Shown: positions 38,038 through 50,119 of the stretch, in pieces
Position numbering within the stretch: position 1 is the first letter of the stretch
Layout: each line of letters starts with the position of its first letter
NCBI GenBank assembly: GCA_036785375.1
Contig: JAWMAR010000147.1
Coordinates: 5,270,001-5,334,000, forward strand
DNA: 64,000 nt
Reading direction: 5' to 3'
From: Leucoraja ocellata
Lineage: Eukaryota
Translations under genes and position numbers: made by a program
Notes under the pieces: model-generated
Told to the model about the DNA's origin: nothing
Database searches by the model: none
What the model saw: only the letters and a program-made list of their open reading frames with translations

Positions 38038-39095
38038 CTAGACCATGTGCAGACCCGTTGGGGCTGTTCCCCCAACGTGCGGTTGAAGGAGGGGGGGGCG
38101 GCATGCGGCGTTACACACATTAACCACCCCCACACACACATTAACTACCCCCCCGCACACATGCTAACTACCCCCCTTATTAGGGGGCGGAGAGGAAGGA
38201 GGGGGGGAGAGGGAGGAGGGGCGAGGGGGGGACAGGGAGGGGGGTAGGGATGGGGGGAACAGGGANNNNNNNNNNNNNNNNNNNNNNNNNNNNNNNNNNN
38301 NNNNNNNNNNNNNNNNNNNNNNNNNNNNNNNNNNNNNNNNNNNNNNNNNNNNNNNNNNNNNNNNNNNNNNNNNNNNNNNNNNNNNNNNNNNNNNNNNNNN
38401 NNNNNNNNNNNNNNNNNNNNNNNNNNNNNNNNNNNNNNNNNAGGTTTTTAATCAAAGGACTTGCGAGAGGCACGACTGGCAGCACGTTGGGTTTGCAGCG
38501 GGAGGGAGGGAGTGATGTGACTTGACTCGCTCCCAGACGGAGTAATGGCCGCCAGGGCCACATTCCCATCGCGTGCCCCATGCGACGATAACGGCCGCCA
38601 TGTTCTACCATCGGGCGGGGGAGACGGAGAGGTTTCAGAAGCAAGCCGGTGACTGGCTATAACCTGCTGTGATCTCCCGATCTGCAGAACGCTCGTTCTT
38701 TCCATAGATCCTCTAGCTGCTATAGGATGGAGCGGGCGGGCGGGCGTGGGAGTCCAGCTGCGCGTGGTGTGGCGCGAGCGTATTTGGGCTGGGCGCAGGC
38801 AGCGGGGCCAGGATGCAGTTGGGCCTCGATTGGTGGGCGTGTGGGCATTGAGACGTCAACGGCTCAAGTGGCAATTTTATTTTTTTTGAAGTGAGTTTTG
38901 TGAACAATTTTATTCAAAATCTGGTGATGTAATTGACCAAGGAGTGGATTTCTGAACACATAAGATAAATCCCTACCGAAATTGTAAAGATCTCCGTGTT
39001 TTTGCGTCTGGTTTTCGCGGAGATACATTTAAAAGGTAAAATGCCTTACACCCACACACACAAACACACACATAAGAGTTTTAAAAATATATAGA
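38038..39095 (-). mobile_element. Non-autonomous Helitron D, both ends present
   Basis: Minus strand A|TCTATATATTTTTAAAAC...hairpin...CTAG|T, an A|T target with no TSD. Confidence 0.9.
38266..38441. other. Assembly gap (176 N) inside a G-rich Helitron tract
   Basis: Run of N. Confidence 1.
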
Positions 39096-39146
39096 TATGA
39101 TATACAATTTTATACTCTGCTGGTGCAGAGTGCAAAGTGCCAAGTG

Positions 39147-39655
39147 CCAAGTGCAGCCCGGTTGGGTCTGCTCCCCCAGAGCAAGGTTCCACCACTCACC
39201 CGTTCCCCCAACGCAAGCCGTTCCTCCAATGGAATATTGTACTGATAGCCCCCAACCGCACAGGTATGGCTCATTTCTCCTCATCCCCCAGCACTCCTTC
39301 TCCTTTTCATCCTCCCTCTTCAATCCCCAGAGACGAAGGGAGGTGGAGAGGGAAGGGTGGTGAGTTCCATGCGCAGAAAATCGTAAAAACGCGTAGGCGC
39401 AGGTCGGTCCTGTAGGCAGTCAGTCCACTTTTTAAAAATCTTAAAGATTGGTCTCCTCTCCTGTGGACATGCGCAGCACCTTGCGCGCTTGCTGCGCAGC
39501 ACACATGCGCGTGGTCCTCGGTGCAAAGGCAGAATTTCAGCTGCCTTAATTGTAAGTGAAGTCTTGAGTGAGTATAGTTACGCATATGTACTGTGGATGA
39601 AAGGCACAGGAGAATTATGCCTACCTAAGATCGATTATTAAAATAATAACCATTT
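39147..39655 (-). mobile_element. Degenerate Helitron E
   Basis: CCAAGTGCAGCCCGGTTGGGTCTGC is a variant of the terminal hairpin; TAAGATC...TAAAATAATA at the other end. Confidence 0.65.
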
Positions 39656-39727
39656 ATAAATACTGAATTTAGTAAATGAATTGAAAATCTTTACTATATA
39701 TATTCAATATATAACCTTTTTATAATT

Positions 39728-40657
39728 TTAGTCAGGGTAGGCACTGCCTACCTTGATGGCACGTGCCTGGTAGAGAGGGAGAGGGCGAGGGAGGGGGGTA
39801 GAGAGGGAGGGGGGTGGAGAGGAAGGGGGTAGAGAGGGAGGGGGTGGAGAGGGAGGGGGGTAGAGAGGGAGGGGGTAGAGAGGGTGGGAGTGAGGGTAGA
39901 TAGGGAGGGGGCATCTCCCTCCTCCACCCTTCCCCACTTCCCTCCTCTACACCCCCCCATCTCCCCCTCTACCACCCCATTTCCCACCCCATCTCCCTCC
40001 TCATTTCCCTCATCCTCCTCCCCTCACTCCCATTCCCTGCCCCAGGACCTACCCAGGTCGTAGAGCAGCGCCAGGGCCTGGAACTCGGCCTGCTTCTCGT
40101 CCTCAGCCCAGCCCTGTCTATAGACACCAGCCATCAGCTCAGCCGTCGCCTGGGCTCCAGTGCAGGCCACGACTTCATCTCCAGGCTCGTCCTTGACCCT
40201 GGATCATGGCTCGTCCTTGGTTCAAGTGGAGGCTTCTTTCTTGGACCCGTCCCAAACCCCGGGCTCGACCCTCACTCTAGTTCCAGCACCACCCTCCCCA
40301 CCAGTCGTCGGGCGCCGGCAGCCGCCACCACTCCTCATTTACCGCGAGTGTTGGAGTGCCCCTCCGTCCCAGAGAGTCCCGCCCTGCCTTACGAGTGCAT
40401 TGTGACATCACTCAGGTTTTTTCCCGAAATGAGTGCGTTTTCGGGCTGTTTTAAAACTTCAAACGATTAATAACTTCGGAAATATAGGCGGGAATGCGTC
40501 AGGAATATGTTTATCACCTTGACAGGGAAAATGTGAGTAGGATGTGTGAAAATGGGAAGGCTGTAGCCTAGTGTTTGGAATAAAATAGGAATTAACCAGA
40601 TTCACACACACACACACAGAGCCACAAACAAGACAAAAGCATTTAGTATTATAGAGA
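39728..40657 (-). mobile_element. Non-autonomous Helitron F with captured gene fragment
   Basis: 5' A|TCTCTATAATACTAAA; 3' GGTAGGCA-G-TGCCTACC hairpin then CTAA; (CA)n and TTGTGACATCA subterminal blocks as in the other copies. Confidence 0.8.
40053..40338 (-). pseudogene. Captured exon-like frame ending in a SAC3D1-like segment and splice donor
   Basis: ATG plus 94 in-frame codons with two TGA, ending VYRQGWAEDEKQAEFQALALLYDLG|gtaggt. From memory, human SAC3D1 has RQPAFQGLFLLYNLG. Confidence 0.6.
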
Positions 40658-42249
40658 TAATTTATATAGCTGTGGATCTTGTACTGATCTTATATTTTGA
40701 ATAAGCATTCTTCCTCTTCTTGAGAGAGTCAGTTGTGGCTCAGTAGGCAGCATTTGGCTTCAATCATTATGATTAGCATTCAAGGCCTCCTTCAGAATCG
40801 GAAGGGAAAAATTCTAGGCTAGCACATGCAGTTGTGAGAAAGCACAGCAGTACCAGAATGTCATCCTTTGCAAGAGAAGTTAAATTGTCTTGTCCGCCCT
40901 TTCAAGAAGTTTGTAAAACTCAACAGAACTAATTCCCAGCCAGGGATGAAGAATCCTGACCTGAAATATCAGCTGTTCAGTTCCTTCCATTGATGCTGCT
41001 TGACCTGCTTCTTCCAGCAGCTCTTTTTTTTTAATCTGTTCCACGTGTCTACTATTTGAGTCTACTACTCACCAACCCAAATTCCCGTTTGCATTTATGT
41101 TAATGCATTCCAAACCTATTTTGAATCTTTCTTTCATTATCTCTACCTGATTCATATTTCTGAACTTAAAACAATAATCAGCTTATCTCCATCCCAATAC
41201 TATCTACCCTTCCCCACTTTCAGAACATGTAAGCATATACACGTGAATCAATTTTTTTTGAGTGCTTCTTTATTCATTAGCATATGGCACTGAGACTAAT
41301 GTCACAATTAATATCAATAAGTTTCAGTCTTTTAGTTTTCTTCTTTGTTCCTGAAATTCACCTTCAGCCTTTCTCCTATCTTTGCCATAGATTCCAACAT
41401 TATTTCTGACAATACTGTATACCTATTTAGTATTTGCTCCAGTCTTGGATCATGGAAAAACAAAATTTGACTTGTATGTGACTATATTTCCAATGGATCT
41501 AAACCAACTCAAAATAAATTTACTGCTGGTGCTAAGCTGAGATAACAATTGTAAATTATTGTAATGGTTGTAAATGTTATTTGGGTGGTGGTAGCACAAT
41601 CAAACATATTTAATGGACATTTGTAAAAATATTTTTATATCTACATGCTATGACAGAATAATTTAAAACAACAGTACTTATAATCAAGATACATTTACAT
41701 TTACAAGCCTATTTTCATTCATTCTTTCCTATTATCACATATGTTTTGTTTTGTGCATCTAGAATGGGAAAACTTATATCTGATATATCAGATATATTTC
41801 TGATATATCTGAATTGGAACTTTGCAGGTCAAATTTTTATTATTTTTTCCTTGACTTAAACATCTAATGGATTTGGTAATAACATTCTACTTCTTTTCAA
41901 GAAAACTTGGAATCCAGCTTTAAGTCTTTGTCCACCATATCATCACATCTGTTACACATTCATGTAAGTCCTTGACTTTCATTTAAATGTGCAAGTATAT
42001 TACTTCAAACAAAAGGACAGAACCAAAAAAAAATGTAAGATAATAAACAAGCCTTAATTATTTTCTATATTACAGAATTGACAATATTTTGGAAGAAGTT
42101 GACTGGCTGTAAAACAATTTTGGCCATATGAAAATCACCAAAAAATGCTGCATAAATTCAAGTCTTGGAATAAATTTTACAATGTCTAGCCTCAATATCA
42201 AATTCTCCAACTTTTTATTTATGCTTTTTCTGTCCGCATCAGAACCTGT

Positions 42250-43790
42250 TCAAGAGTCAAGTCAAGAGAGTTTATTGTCATGTGTCCCAGATAGGACAAT
42301 GAAATTGCTGCTTTGCTTCAGCACAACAGAATATAGAAGGCATGAATACAGAACAGACCAGTGTATCCATATACTATTGTATAAATATGTACACAAATAA
42401 ATAAATAAAACAGATAAAATGCAAATAAACTGATAATGTTCAGAGTTATGTTTGAGTTGAGTTCAATTAGCCTGATGGCTGTGGGGGAAAAGCTGTTTCT
42501 GTTTCTGAACCTGGACGTTGCAGTCTTCAGGCTCCTGTACCTTCGACCTAAAGGCAGCGGGGAGATAAGTGTGTGGCCAGGATGATGTGGGTCCTTGATG
42601 ATGCTGCCAGCCTTTTTGAGGCAGCGACTGCGATAGATCCCCTCGATGGTAGGGAGATCAGAGCCGATGATGGACTGGGCAGTGTTTTCTCTCCTGGGCA
42701 CTAAAGTTGCCAAACCAAGCCACGATGCAACCGGTCAGCATGCTCTTTATTGTGCACCTGTAGACGTTAGAGAGAGTCCTCCTTGACATACTGACTCTCC
42801 GTAATCTTCTCAGGAAGTTGAGGCGCTGATGTGCTTTCTTTATAACAGCATCAGTGTTCTTGGACCAGGAGAGATCTTCAGAGATGTGCACGCCCAGGAA
42901 TTTGAAGCTCTTGACCCTTTCCACCATCGACCCGTTGATATAAACGGGAGTGTGGGTCCCCATCCTATCCTTCCAAAGTCCACAATCAGTTCCTTGGTTT
43001 TGCTGGGTCCTTGGTCAGTCGGTCGATCTCACTTCTATTCTCTGACTCGTCCCCATCAGTGATACGTCCCACAACAGTGATGTCGTCAGCGAACTTGATG
43101 ATGGAGTTCGCACTATGATCGGCTTCGCAGTCATGAGTATAGGGTGAGTACAGCAGGGGGCTGAGCACGCAGCCTTGAGGTGCTCCCGTGCTGATTGTTA
43201 TCGAGGCTGACACATTTCCACCAATTCGAACAGTCTGTGGTCTGTGAATAAGGATGTCGAGGATCCAATTGCAGAGGGATGCGCAGAGACCCAGTTCTGA
43301 GAGTTTGATAACCAGCTTGGAAGGGATGATTGCATTAAATGCCGAGCTGTAGTCAATGAATAACAGCCTGACATATGAGTTTTTGCAAGTGGTCTAGAGC
43401 GGAGTGGAGAGCCAGCGAGATTGCTTCCACTGTTGATCTGTTGTGGCGGTAAGTGAACTGCAGTGGGTCCAGGTTTTTCTCGAGGTAGGAGTTGATTTGC
43501 ACCATGATCAAACTCTCGAAGCACTTCATCACCACCGACGTTAGTGCCACTGGTCGATAGTCGTTGAGGCACGTCACCTTGCTCTTCTTGGGTACCGGTA
43601 TTATTGATGCCCTTTTAAAGCAGGTGGGAACCTCAGACCTCAGAAGTGAGAGGTTGAAAATGTCCGTAAAAACTCCAGCCAGTTGGTCCGCACAGGTTTT
43701 TAGAACACGACCCGGTATACCATCAGGTCCAGGCACTTTTCGAGGGTTCACCCCTCTGAAAGATTTTCTGACGCAGACCTCTGTTTTCTG
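42250..43790 (-). mobile_element. Rex1/Babar LINE, 5'-truncated
   Basis: [48 protein letters not shown]; (TCTTGAC) tail. Confidence 0.95.
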
Positions 43791-43830
43791 TTAGACTGAG
43801 ATTTTGGCTCATTTCCTTTCTCTCTCTATT

Positions 43831-44620
43831 ACAAAGGACAAAGGACAAAGGACATTTATTGTCAAATACACCAATTGGTGCAGTGATATTTGAGCTACCA
43901 TGCAGCACACAAATATGATAAACACAACACTATAGAATTTAACATAAAACATAAAGCAACCCCCGCAGCGGAATCAACGTTTCCCACTGTGAGGGAAGGC
44001 AATAAAGTTCCACAGTCGCCTCAACGGAGGCCCGATGCTTCAGGCCCTCTCGCCGGGATGATGAAACTCTGACGGCGGAATGGAAGAACACTCTCAGCGG
44101 CTTGGAGTTTCCGAATCGGCCGCTTCCCACCAGAGGTCCGAAGTCTACAGGCCGAGCTGGGTGGAGCTCCAATACTGGTGATCCTCGGCGAAAAATCTCA
44201 GGCCTCCGCGATGTTAGAGGCAACGCCGTCCGCGGCTAGAAGCGCCGCAGACCACAGCTCCACGGTGTTAAAGTCGGCAGGTCCTCCGGAGCTCCACACG
44301 GTGATCCCGGTAAGGCATCGCCCGCTCCGCGATGGAATACAGTACTGCGCTGCCGCTGAAGCTCTGGCCGGTCTCCGGCAGGAAAAGCCGCACCAATTGA
44401 GATGGTAGGCCGTGAGGAGGGGGCGAAGATGCGGCTCGGAGAAAAGACACATCCTCGACCAGGTAGTGACTGAGAAAAACGGTTTTCCCCTCCTCCCCCA
44501 CACATAAAAAAGACTAAAAGACCTCCAAAAACAAACTTTTAGACAAACTAAAAATAACAAAAAGGATGAAAGGACAGACTGCTGGCGAGGCTGCCGCACT
44601 CAATGGCGCCACCACTCGGA
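43831..44620 (-). mobile_element. Non-autonomous GC-rich retroelement, apparently full length
   Basis: Head GTGGTGGCGCC...GCCTCGCCAGCAGTCTGT; 3' TGACAATAAATG(TCCTTTG)n. Confidence 0.78.
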
Positions 44621-45939
44621 CTCGGTTTATTAGTACAGCCTGATCGGCTGAATATGTCCCATAGCCCCGTTATTTGCAACACATCACACAAACAAAGGAG
44701 TATAATCAGCCTCTAAGTGCCTCATTAATTCATTTTACCTAGTCTCACCCCATCACATATAATCCGGTTGTGCTCACCTTAGCTCTCACCACCTTTTCTG
44801 CATTTTATAATTGCCTTTTTTCAATTGTTCTTTCCAATTTCTGCCGAAAGGTCCCCAACCTGCTTTTTCTAAGGTGCTGCCTGATGTGATGAGTGTTTCT
44901 AGCATTTTCTGTTTAAATTTCCATTGGAACTAGAATGATAACAAGCCTACACCAAACTGCAACTAAGATATATATTTTAAATACAGCAAAACCTTTCTCT
45001 CTCCCATGTAACAATGTCACTGCTGCTGTATTCACGGTGCTAATGCAGCATGAATCCACATTCATTCATGAGAATGGGGCAAAGCTGAAGACTATGCTAA
45101 AAGAATGAATGTGGTGCTTTTCATATTCTCATGATATCATAAACTCCCGTTAATTATTTTTTGTAACATTGTAGTGTTAATACAGCAACCAATTCGCAAA
45201 TTACAAGATTACTAAAACAACGATGAGATCTAATTTGGTAATATCATTTTATTCTTCAATAAGTATTGGCCAGAACATCAGGATTAATGCCATTTCTTCA
45301 AATGGTTCCAAAAAAATCAAGAGAATAGGGTCTAAAAGTCTAAAGCCTAAGCACATGCTTAGAACTGCTCTGAAATGCTAGGGGAGATTACACAAACACA
45401 ATCTATAATTTGGCATGAGCCCAACAACCTCCTCATAACATGGGGAGGCAGCAGTGCCAAAGTACCACAATAATTATTCAGTGTATTAAGAAAGCACAGG
45501 TGTGCACTTGTGGGTATAAAAGGTCTGTCCAGCTTGCCTCTACAAAAACAGTCAAATTTAAATTCGCGAACATGCTTCTGAGCTGACTTACGTTGCACTT
45601 TCAAACACAATCGTGCTTTCCTATAATATATTTATTCTTCATTCTCGTATTCTGTGTTTTTAATAAAGTGGTATTAATTACCGAGTCTACAACATTTTTA
45701 CTGAGATATGTGATGGAGAACATTCTAACTAAATTAATGTGGTAGGATCTCAGGAGTGCAGTGAAGAGTAAATATTTAAGAGACTAAATTGAAAAATAGA
45801 TATTAAAATAGATTACAGATTTATCACTGAAGGCTATTACTAAAGCTGTACCCAAACTCTCAGTTTGAACTCAGAATCTTTATATATACAGTTTTCTCAT
45901 TACTAATCTATTATTAACCCATCAACTTATTCAATAAAT

Positions 45940-46984
45940 TAGGTATGTTGCAAAACTTACCCTCAGCGGCGCTGCAGTTCTGCCGTTGCCCGTGTGCGCG
46001 ACTTTGGCGCCTTTGAGAGGGGGGCGGGTTTATAACGTGATTTTCTCTAGGCTGTTGAAATCGATGTTGTTCAGCCTACTTAGTTGCTAACGAAAAATCG
46101 CTGCAAAATTCGTTCGCTGCAGGTATTTTTAGACTAAATTGGGTTATTTAATTGTTATAGTAGATTAAAAATCATCCTCTAAAGCCGCGAACCCCGACAA
46201 CGGGACGGATCTCATGTAGGGGACAAGGCAAGGTAGGTTGTTTATTTTTACATTAAAAAGGGCTTCTTAAGATCCCTTTATACAAAATTTTATGTTGCGA
46301 GTGGCTGACTTGGGGGCCCATTCAATCCCACAGTATCTTTCATGCCGACATGGGGTACAAATTCACCGCAATGGCAACGTTCTAAACCAGCACGTTCCAC
46401 AGAATCCCATTTAATGGATGATTTAAATGGCCATTAATTTACAGCAATTGAACACTAAATCCCTTCCATTTGGCCTATAAATTAATGTCAATGAGATTTA
46501 AAAATCATGTTTTATTATGAATTCTTGTGTGAATGTTCTTTGGACACTTAGGCTATTTAAAAATGTTAATCTTTCCTTAAGAAATGGATAGATGTTTAGA
46601 TCTAGTAATTGAATTTTGGAATTAGCTACATTTGGGTAACTAACTAATTATATGCTTTAATTTCAGGTCATCCAAGTAAGATTGTTTAATATTTGTTTCA
46701 GAATGCTTCAATCTATAATAACTGAAAATTTATTTCAGTTCTCTTAATTTTTAATAAAGTTATCGGCTTTAGACTGTCCTCGATCACAGCTTTTATGTTA
46801 AGTCAATGGAAAATCAATAGGGAACAAGATGCTAATTTCCGAGTATGAAAATGGCCATAACTTTTTTTAATACTGAAGATATGAAAATGAATTAGGTGTC
46901 AAATTAAACTTCTTTTTATGCTTTATCTGATGGGATAAATTGCGGACTTGATTTTTTAAATTTCAAAATTTTGTAACATTGCTA
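45940..46984. mobile_element. Non-autonomous DNA transposon, Academ-like
   Basis: TIRs TAGGTATGTTGCAAAA / TAGCAATGTTACAAAA (13/16); AAT 3-bp direct repeat on both flanks. Confidence 0.7.
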
Positions 46985-47508
46985 AATAAATGCTTGCAGC
47001 ACATTTAGCATTGGTGCAAATTTAACACTCTTGCAATGACTGAACTATTAGCGAGCGTACACAATTGCAATATTTATATATAAATGGATCAAATTAAATC
47101 TAAAAAGGCTTAAGAGATCAATACAGTTGCAAATCATTAGGGAAGGGTGTAACTAAGAGCAAAGGACCAGTTGTTTGAAAGAATCACACGGTAGGGTCAG
47201 CCAAATCAACGGGTTGTAGAAGCATTTTAAAGTCCAAGTCTACCTCCTGCTGCCTCATACTATGATTTTTTTAATTTTTGCAGCTGGACTTCAAATACTG
47301 ATCAAATGGAGTTTTGATTCCTAAGACATGGAAGGCATAGCATGTTGTCAAGCTGTGAGGAAATTGCTTTCACTGATCTCACAGCTGAGGAAATACTTGA
47401 AAATATTTGTTTAAGTAGATAAGTATTTAAGAACAGTTAAGTTTTAGTTGTGTTGACAGAAGTATCACTATATGCCTAATACTGATGTTAAACTTGGTCT
47501 ACTTAAAT

Positions 47509-48120
47509 CAGGGATCGACAACCTACGCCCCCCCGGGCCGAATGTGGCCCGTAACCCGAAATCGTCCTGCCCAGCAGGCGTATATTTTCTCCGTAATTAA
47601 CCAGCCCGCAGACTTCCGTCATCTCTGGCACCTCCCGAGCCTGAGTCCGTGGTGCCCAGGCGCGGTGATGCAAGGACACAAGGAAGGCCTGTGCTAGCGG
47701 CCACAATGGCAGAGCCGCAGAGCAGCGCCACAGAGCACCGAACATCAAGCGCGGCCGAGCACCGTGCATGGCTGTACCGCCTCCTGCACAAAGCCGCCGG
47801 CACAGCCGCGCACCTTCTGTGCCTGCGCTTCGCGGTTGGGATCGGGGTTGTCAATAGGCCGGGGACGAGTGAGTGTGAGTATTTGAGCCACTGCAGGACA
47901 GAGCCAAGGCAATGGTCCGTAGGTGTGAGATGTTCATGAGCACCCGTAACTAGGGGCAAGTGCTCCGGGTGGCATCCTCGAAGGGGCGGGATCTATGTGA
48001 ACACGTGATTTGATGCCTGCCATCCAGGGCTAGATGGGGGCGGGATCCATGTGTACACGTGATAGATGTGGCCCACCATCCGCTCACAGGCATGCTGGCC
48101 CCTATGCAGAACAAGGTTGC
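47509..48120. mobile_element. hAT-like non-autonomous element, right end eroded
   Basis: CAGGGATCGACAACCTACG...TGTGGCCC start; GTGGCCC...AAGGTTG near the far end; two GGGGCGGGATC...ACACGTGAT repeats. Confidence 0.65.
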
Positions 48121-48599
48121 TTTGTTGAAGAATAGCAAATAATCTGCATGGCAGTCATTGAGTCAATACCATTTTATTGAGTAGTCAGAAATTCTTGTCT
48201 TCCAGAAAATAGTCAAGCAACAATGTTAAGTTTGGTAAATTGGATACTCCTAAATTGTGAAATTGTAAAAGGAATATAAAGTCCACATTTCTTCATTTCT
48301 AAATACACTAATTCAAAATAACCAATTTTTACAAAACCAGTAAAATTTGAATACATGTCGGTAAGAACTCACCATAACACAATGAAGTTTAAACTATGTA
48401 AGGTGGATGACTGCAAAATAGATTTCTAACAGTCTGATCTAGTATGTATATTTCTGCATTTACAAAGACAGTATTTCCAAGGACAAGTTTAAAAAAAATA
48501 CAACTGTCATGTACACTGGGTTTGACTATATATGTATATAATAACAAATATAATAAATGCTAATGATAAAGATGGGGGAATCTTCTTCTGGTTCACTAT

Positions 48600-50118
48600 T
48601 TTGGTGGGGGGGGGGGGGGGGAATCTAATCTCTTACCTCGACGGAGATGTGATTTTTTTCCATATCGTATCTCCGTCCGCACTGCGACCTAACATCGAGG
48701 CGTTGGTGGCCTGGGGACCTTTGAGAGCTCCACCGCAGGTGCCTGCAGACTTACCATCGTGGAGCCCGCAATTCCTTTGCCAGGGATTGACCTCTGAGCT
48801 CTACCGCAGGTGCCTGCGGACTTTAACATCGGGGAGCTCGTGGTCTCTGGTCAGAAACCGACATCGGGAGCTCCAAGCCACAGGAGCTTCGACCGACCCG
48901 ACGCGGGAGCTTCGACTGCCCCGACGCGGGAGCTTCGATCGCCCCATCGCGGGGGTTTCGACCGCCGGCTGCGGGAGCTTTGATCGCACTGATAGACAGG
49001 GCTCTCGCTTAACTTTTTTTCCCTGTTGCCAGCCGGGCAACGTTGGCAACTTTTTAGGTTGCCAAATGACAGTTTAGGTGATCATTTAAGATGGCTTGCA
49101 TGACGCATGCGATAATGTGTTCGGAAGAAGTGCGTGGTTACCAGTCGGAATTATGCTCAATGAAGCATTCACATATTATTTCTGCTTCTAATAAAGTCAC
49201 AAACTAAACATATTCACCAATCAAGGCATGATATATACAACAATGACATGCAGCAAAATTATAATACAGCATCTCAACTCTTTTTACACATTGTAATTAA
49301 TGCAATTTTTATTATTTCTTTCCACTTCCAAAAAAAATGTGGTAAGATTCTTCAGCGTATGATCAACTTGTGTCAATAAATCCTGGACCATGATAACATA
49401 TATGCTTAACCATGCACACTACAGATTGATGCAAGCATGTTTTTTGTGAAGGACCGAAAATTATCATGACATGGCCATAGCATGGGTCGTTATTGCTATT
49501 GGTACAGAAACACTCTCGCTTCCCACATAATTTATCCACGACAAAATATACAGTTTGCAAGGAATTTTCTAACGGCATTTTATGATAACAGCTGATAAAA
49601 CTGACAATACCCATCTGACAGGTTAAACATTACACTGACTAACAGGAGATGGCCAAGGTACATAAATGCAGCAAATGTTCTTTTCTTAATATATTTAAAG
49701 GTGCCAAGACACCACATTATCGTTATCAGGCCGGGCGGGGCGGGTGCGGGAGGAGGAAGAGATGGAGCCACCGCTGCTGCTGTGCGGAGCCCGTCATTCG
49801 CTCTGACCCTCCGTCACGACACACTTAGCATCTTTCCCACGGTATATCTTCTGTATAAACCAAGTTGCCAAGCCGGGCAAAATGACTCGGCGTTTAGGTT
49901 GCTCGGCGGCACTTTGAGTGGTCAGTGGCACCCGGGCAACCGCCAATTTCGAGCCCTGATAGATGGTTCGACTGCCCTGACCGCGGGAGAAAAATGAGGG
50001 AAGAAGATTAGACTTTATTGGCTTCCATCACAGTGAGGAATGTGGGGAATCCACTGTGGTGGATGTTTATGTCAACTTTTATGTAGTTGTGTGTCTTGGT
50101 GCTTTTTTAGTATGACTT
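48600..50118 (+). mobile_element. Non-autonomous GC-rich retroelement, split by a hAT and cut by an RTE
   Basis: CGGGAGCTTCGA...GCCCCGAC repeats continue across the 48997-49958 insertion. Confidence 0.7.
48997..49958. mobile_element. hAT-like non-autonomous element with 5-bp TSD (hAT5-like)
   Basis: TIR CAGGGCTC/GAGCCCTG; subterminal CCGGGCAA repeats; ATAGA at 48992-48996 and 49959-49963. Confidence 0.8.
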
Positions 50119-50119
50119 A

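Larger units (their letters stand above)
34768..39100 (-). mobile_element. Non-autonomous Helitron C, 3' end lost; hosts a Penelope insertion and Helitron D
   Basis: GCGGC...CACACTAACC subterminal block is shared with the other copies. Removing D restores the 5' end A|TCATATAACCTATACAACTC. Confidence 0.75.

Noticed and set aside
45592-45620. 29-nt minus-strand candidate exon (tag|GAAAGC...CAAC|gtaagt)
   Set aside because: Strong donor but weak acceptor and no RMDN3 similarity in any frame. It cannot be supported without RNA data.
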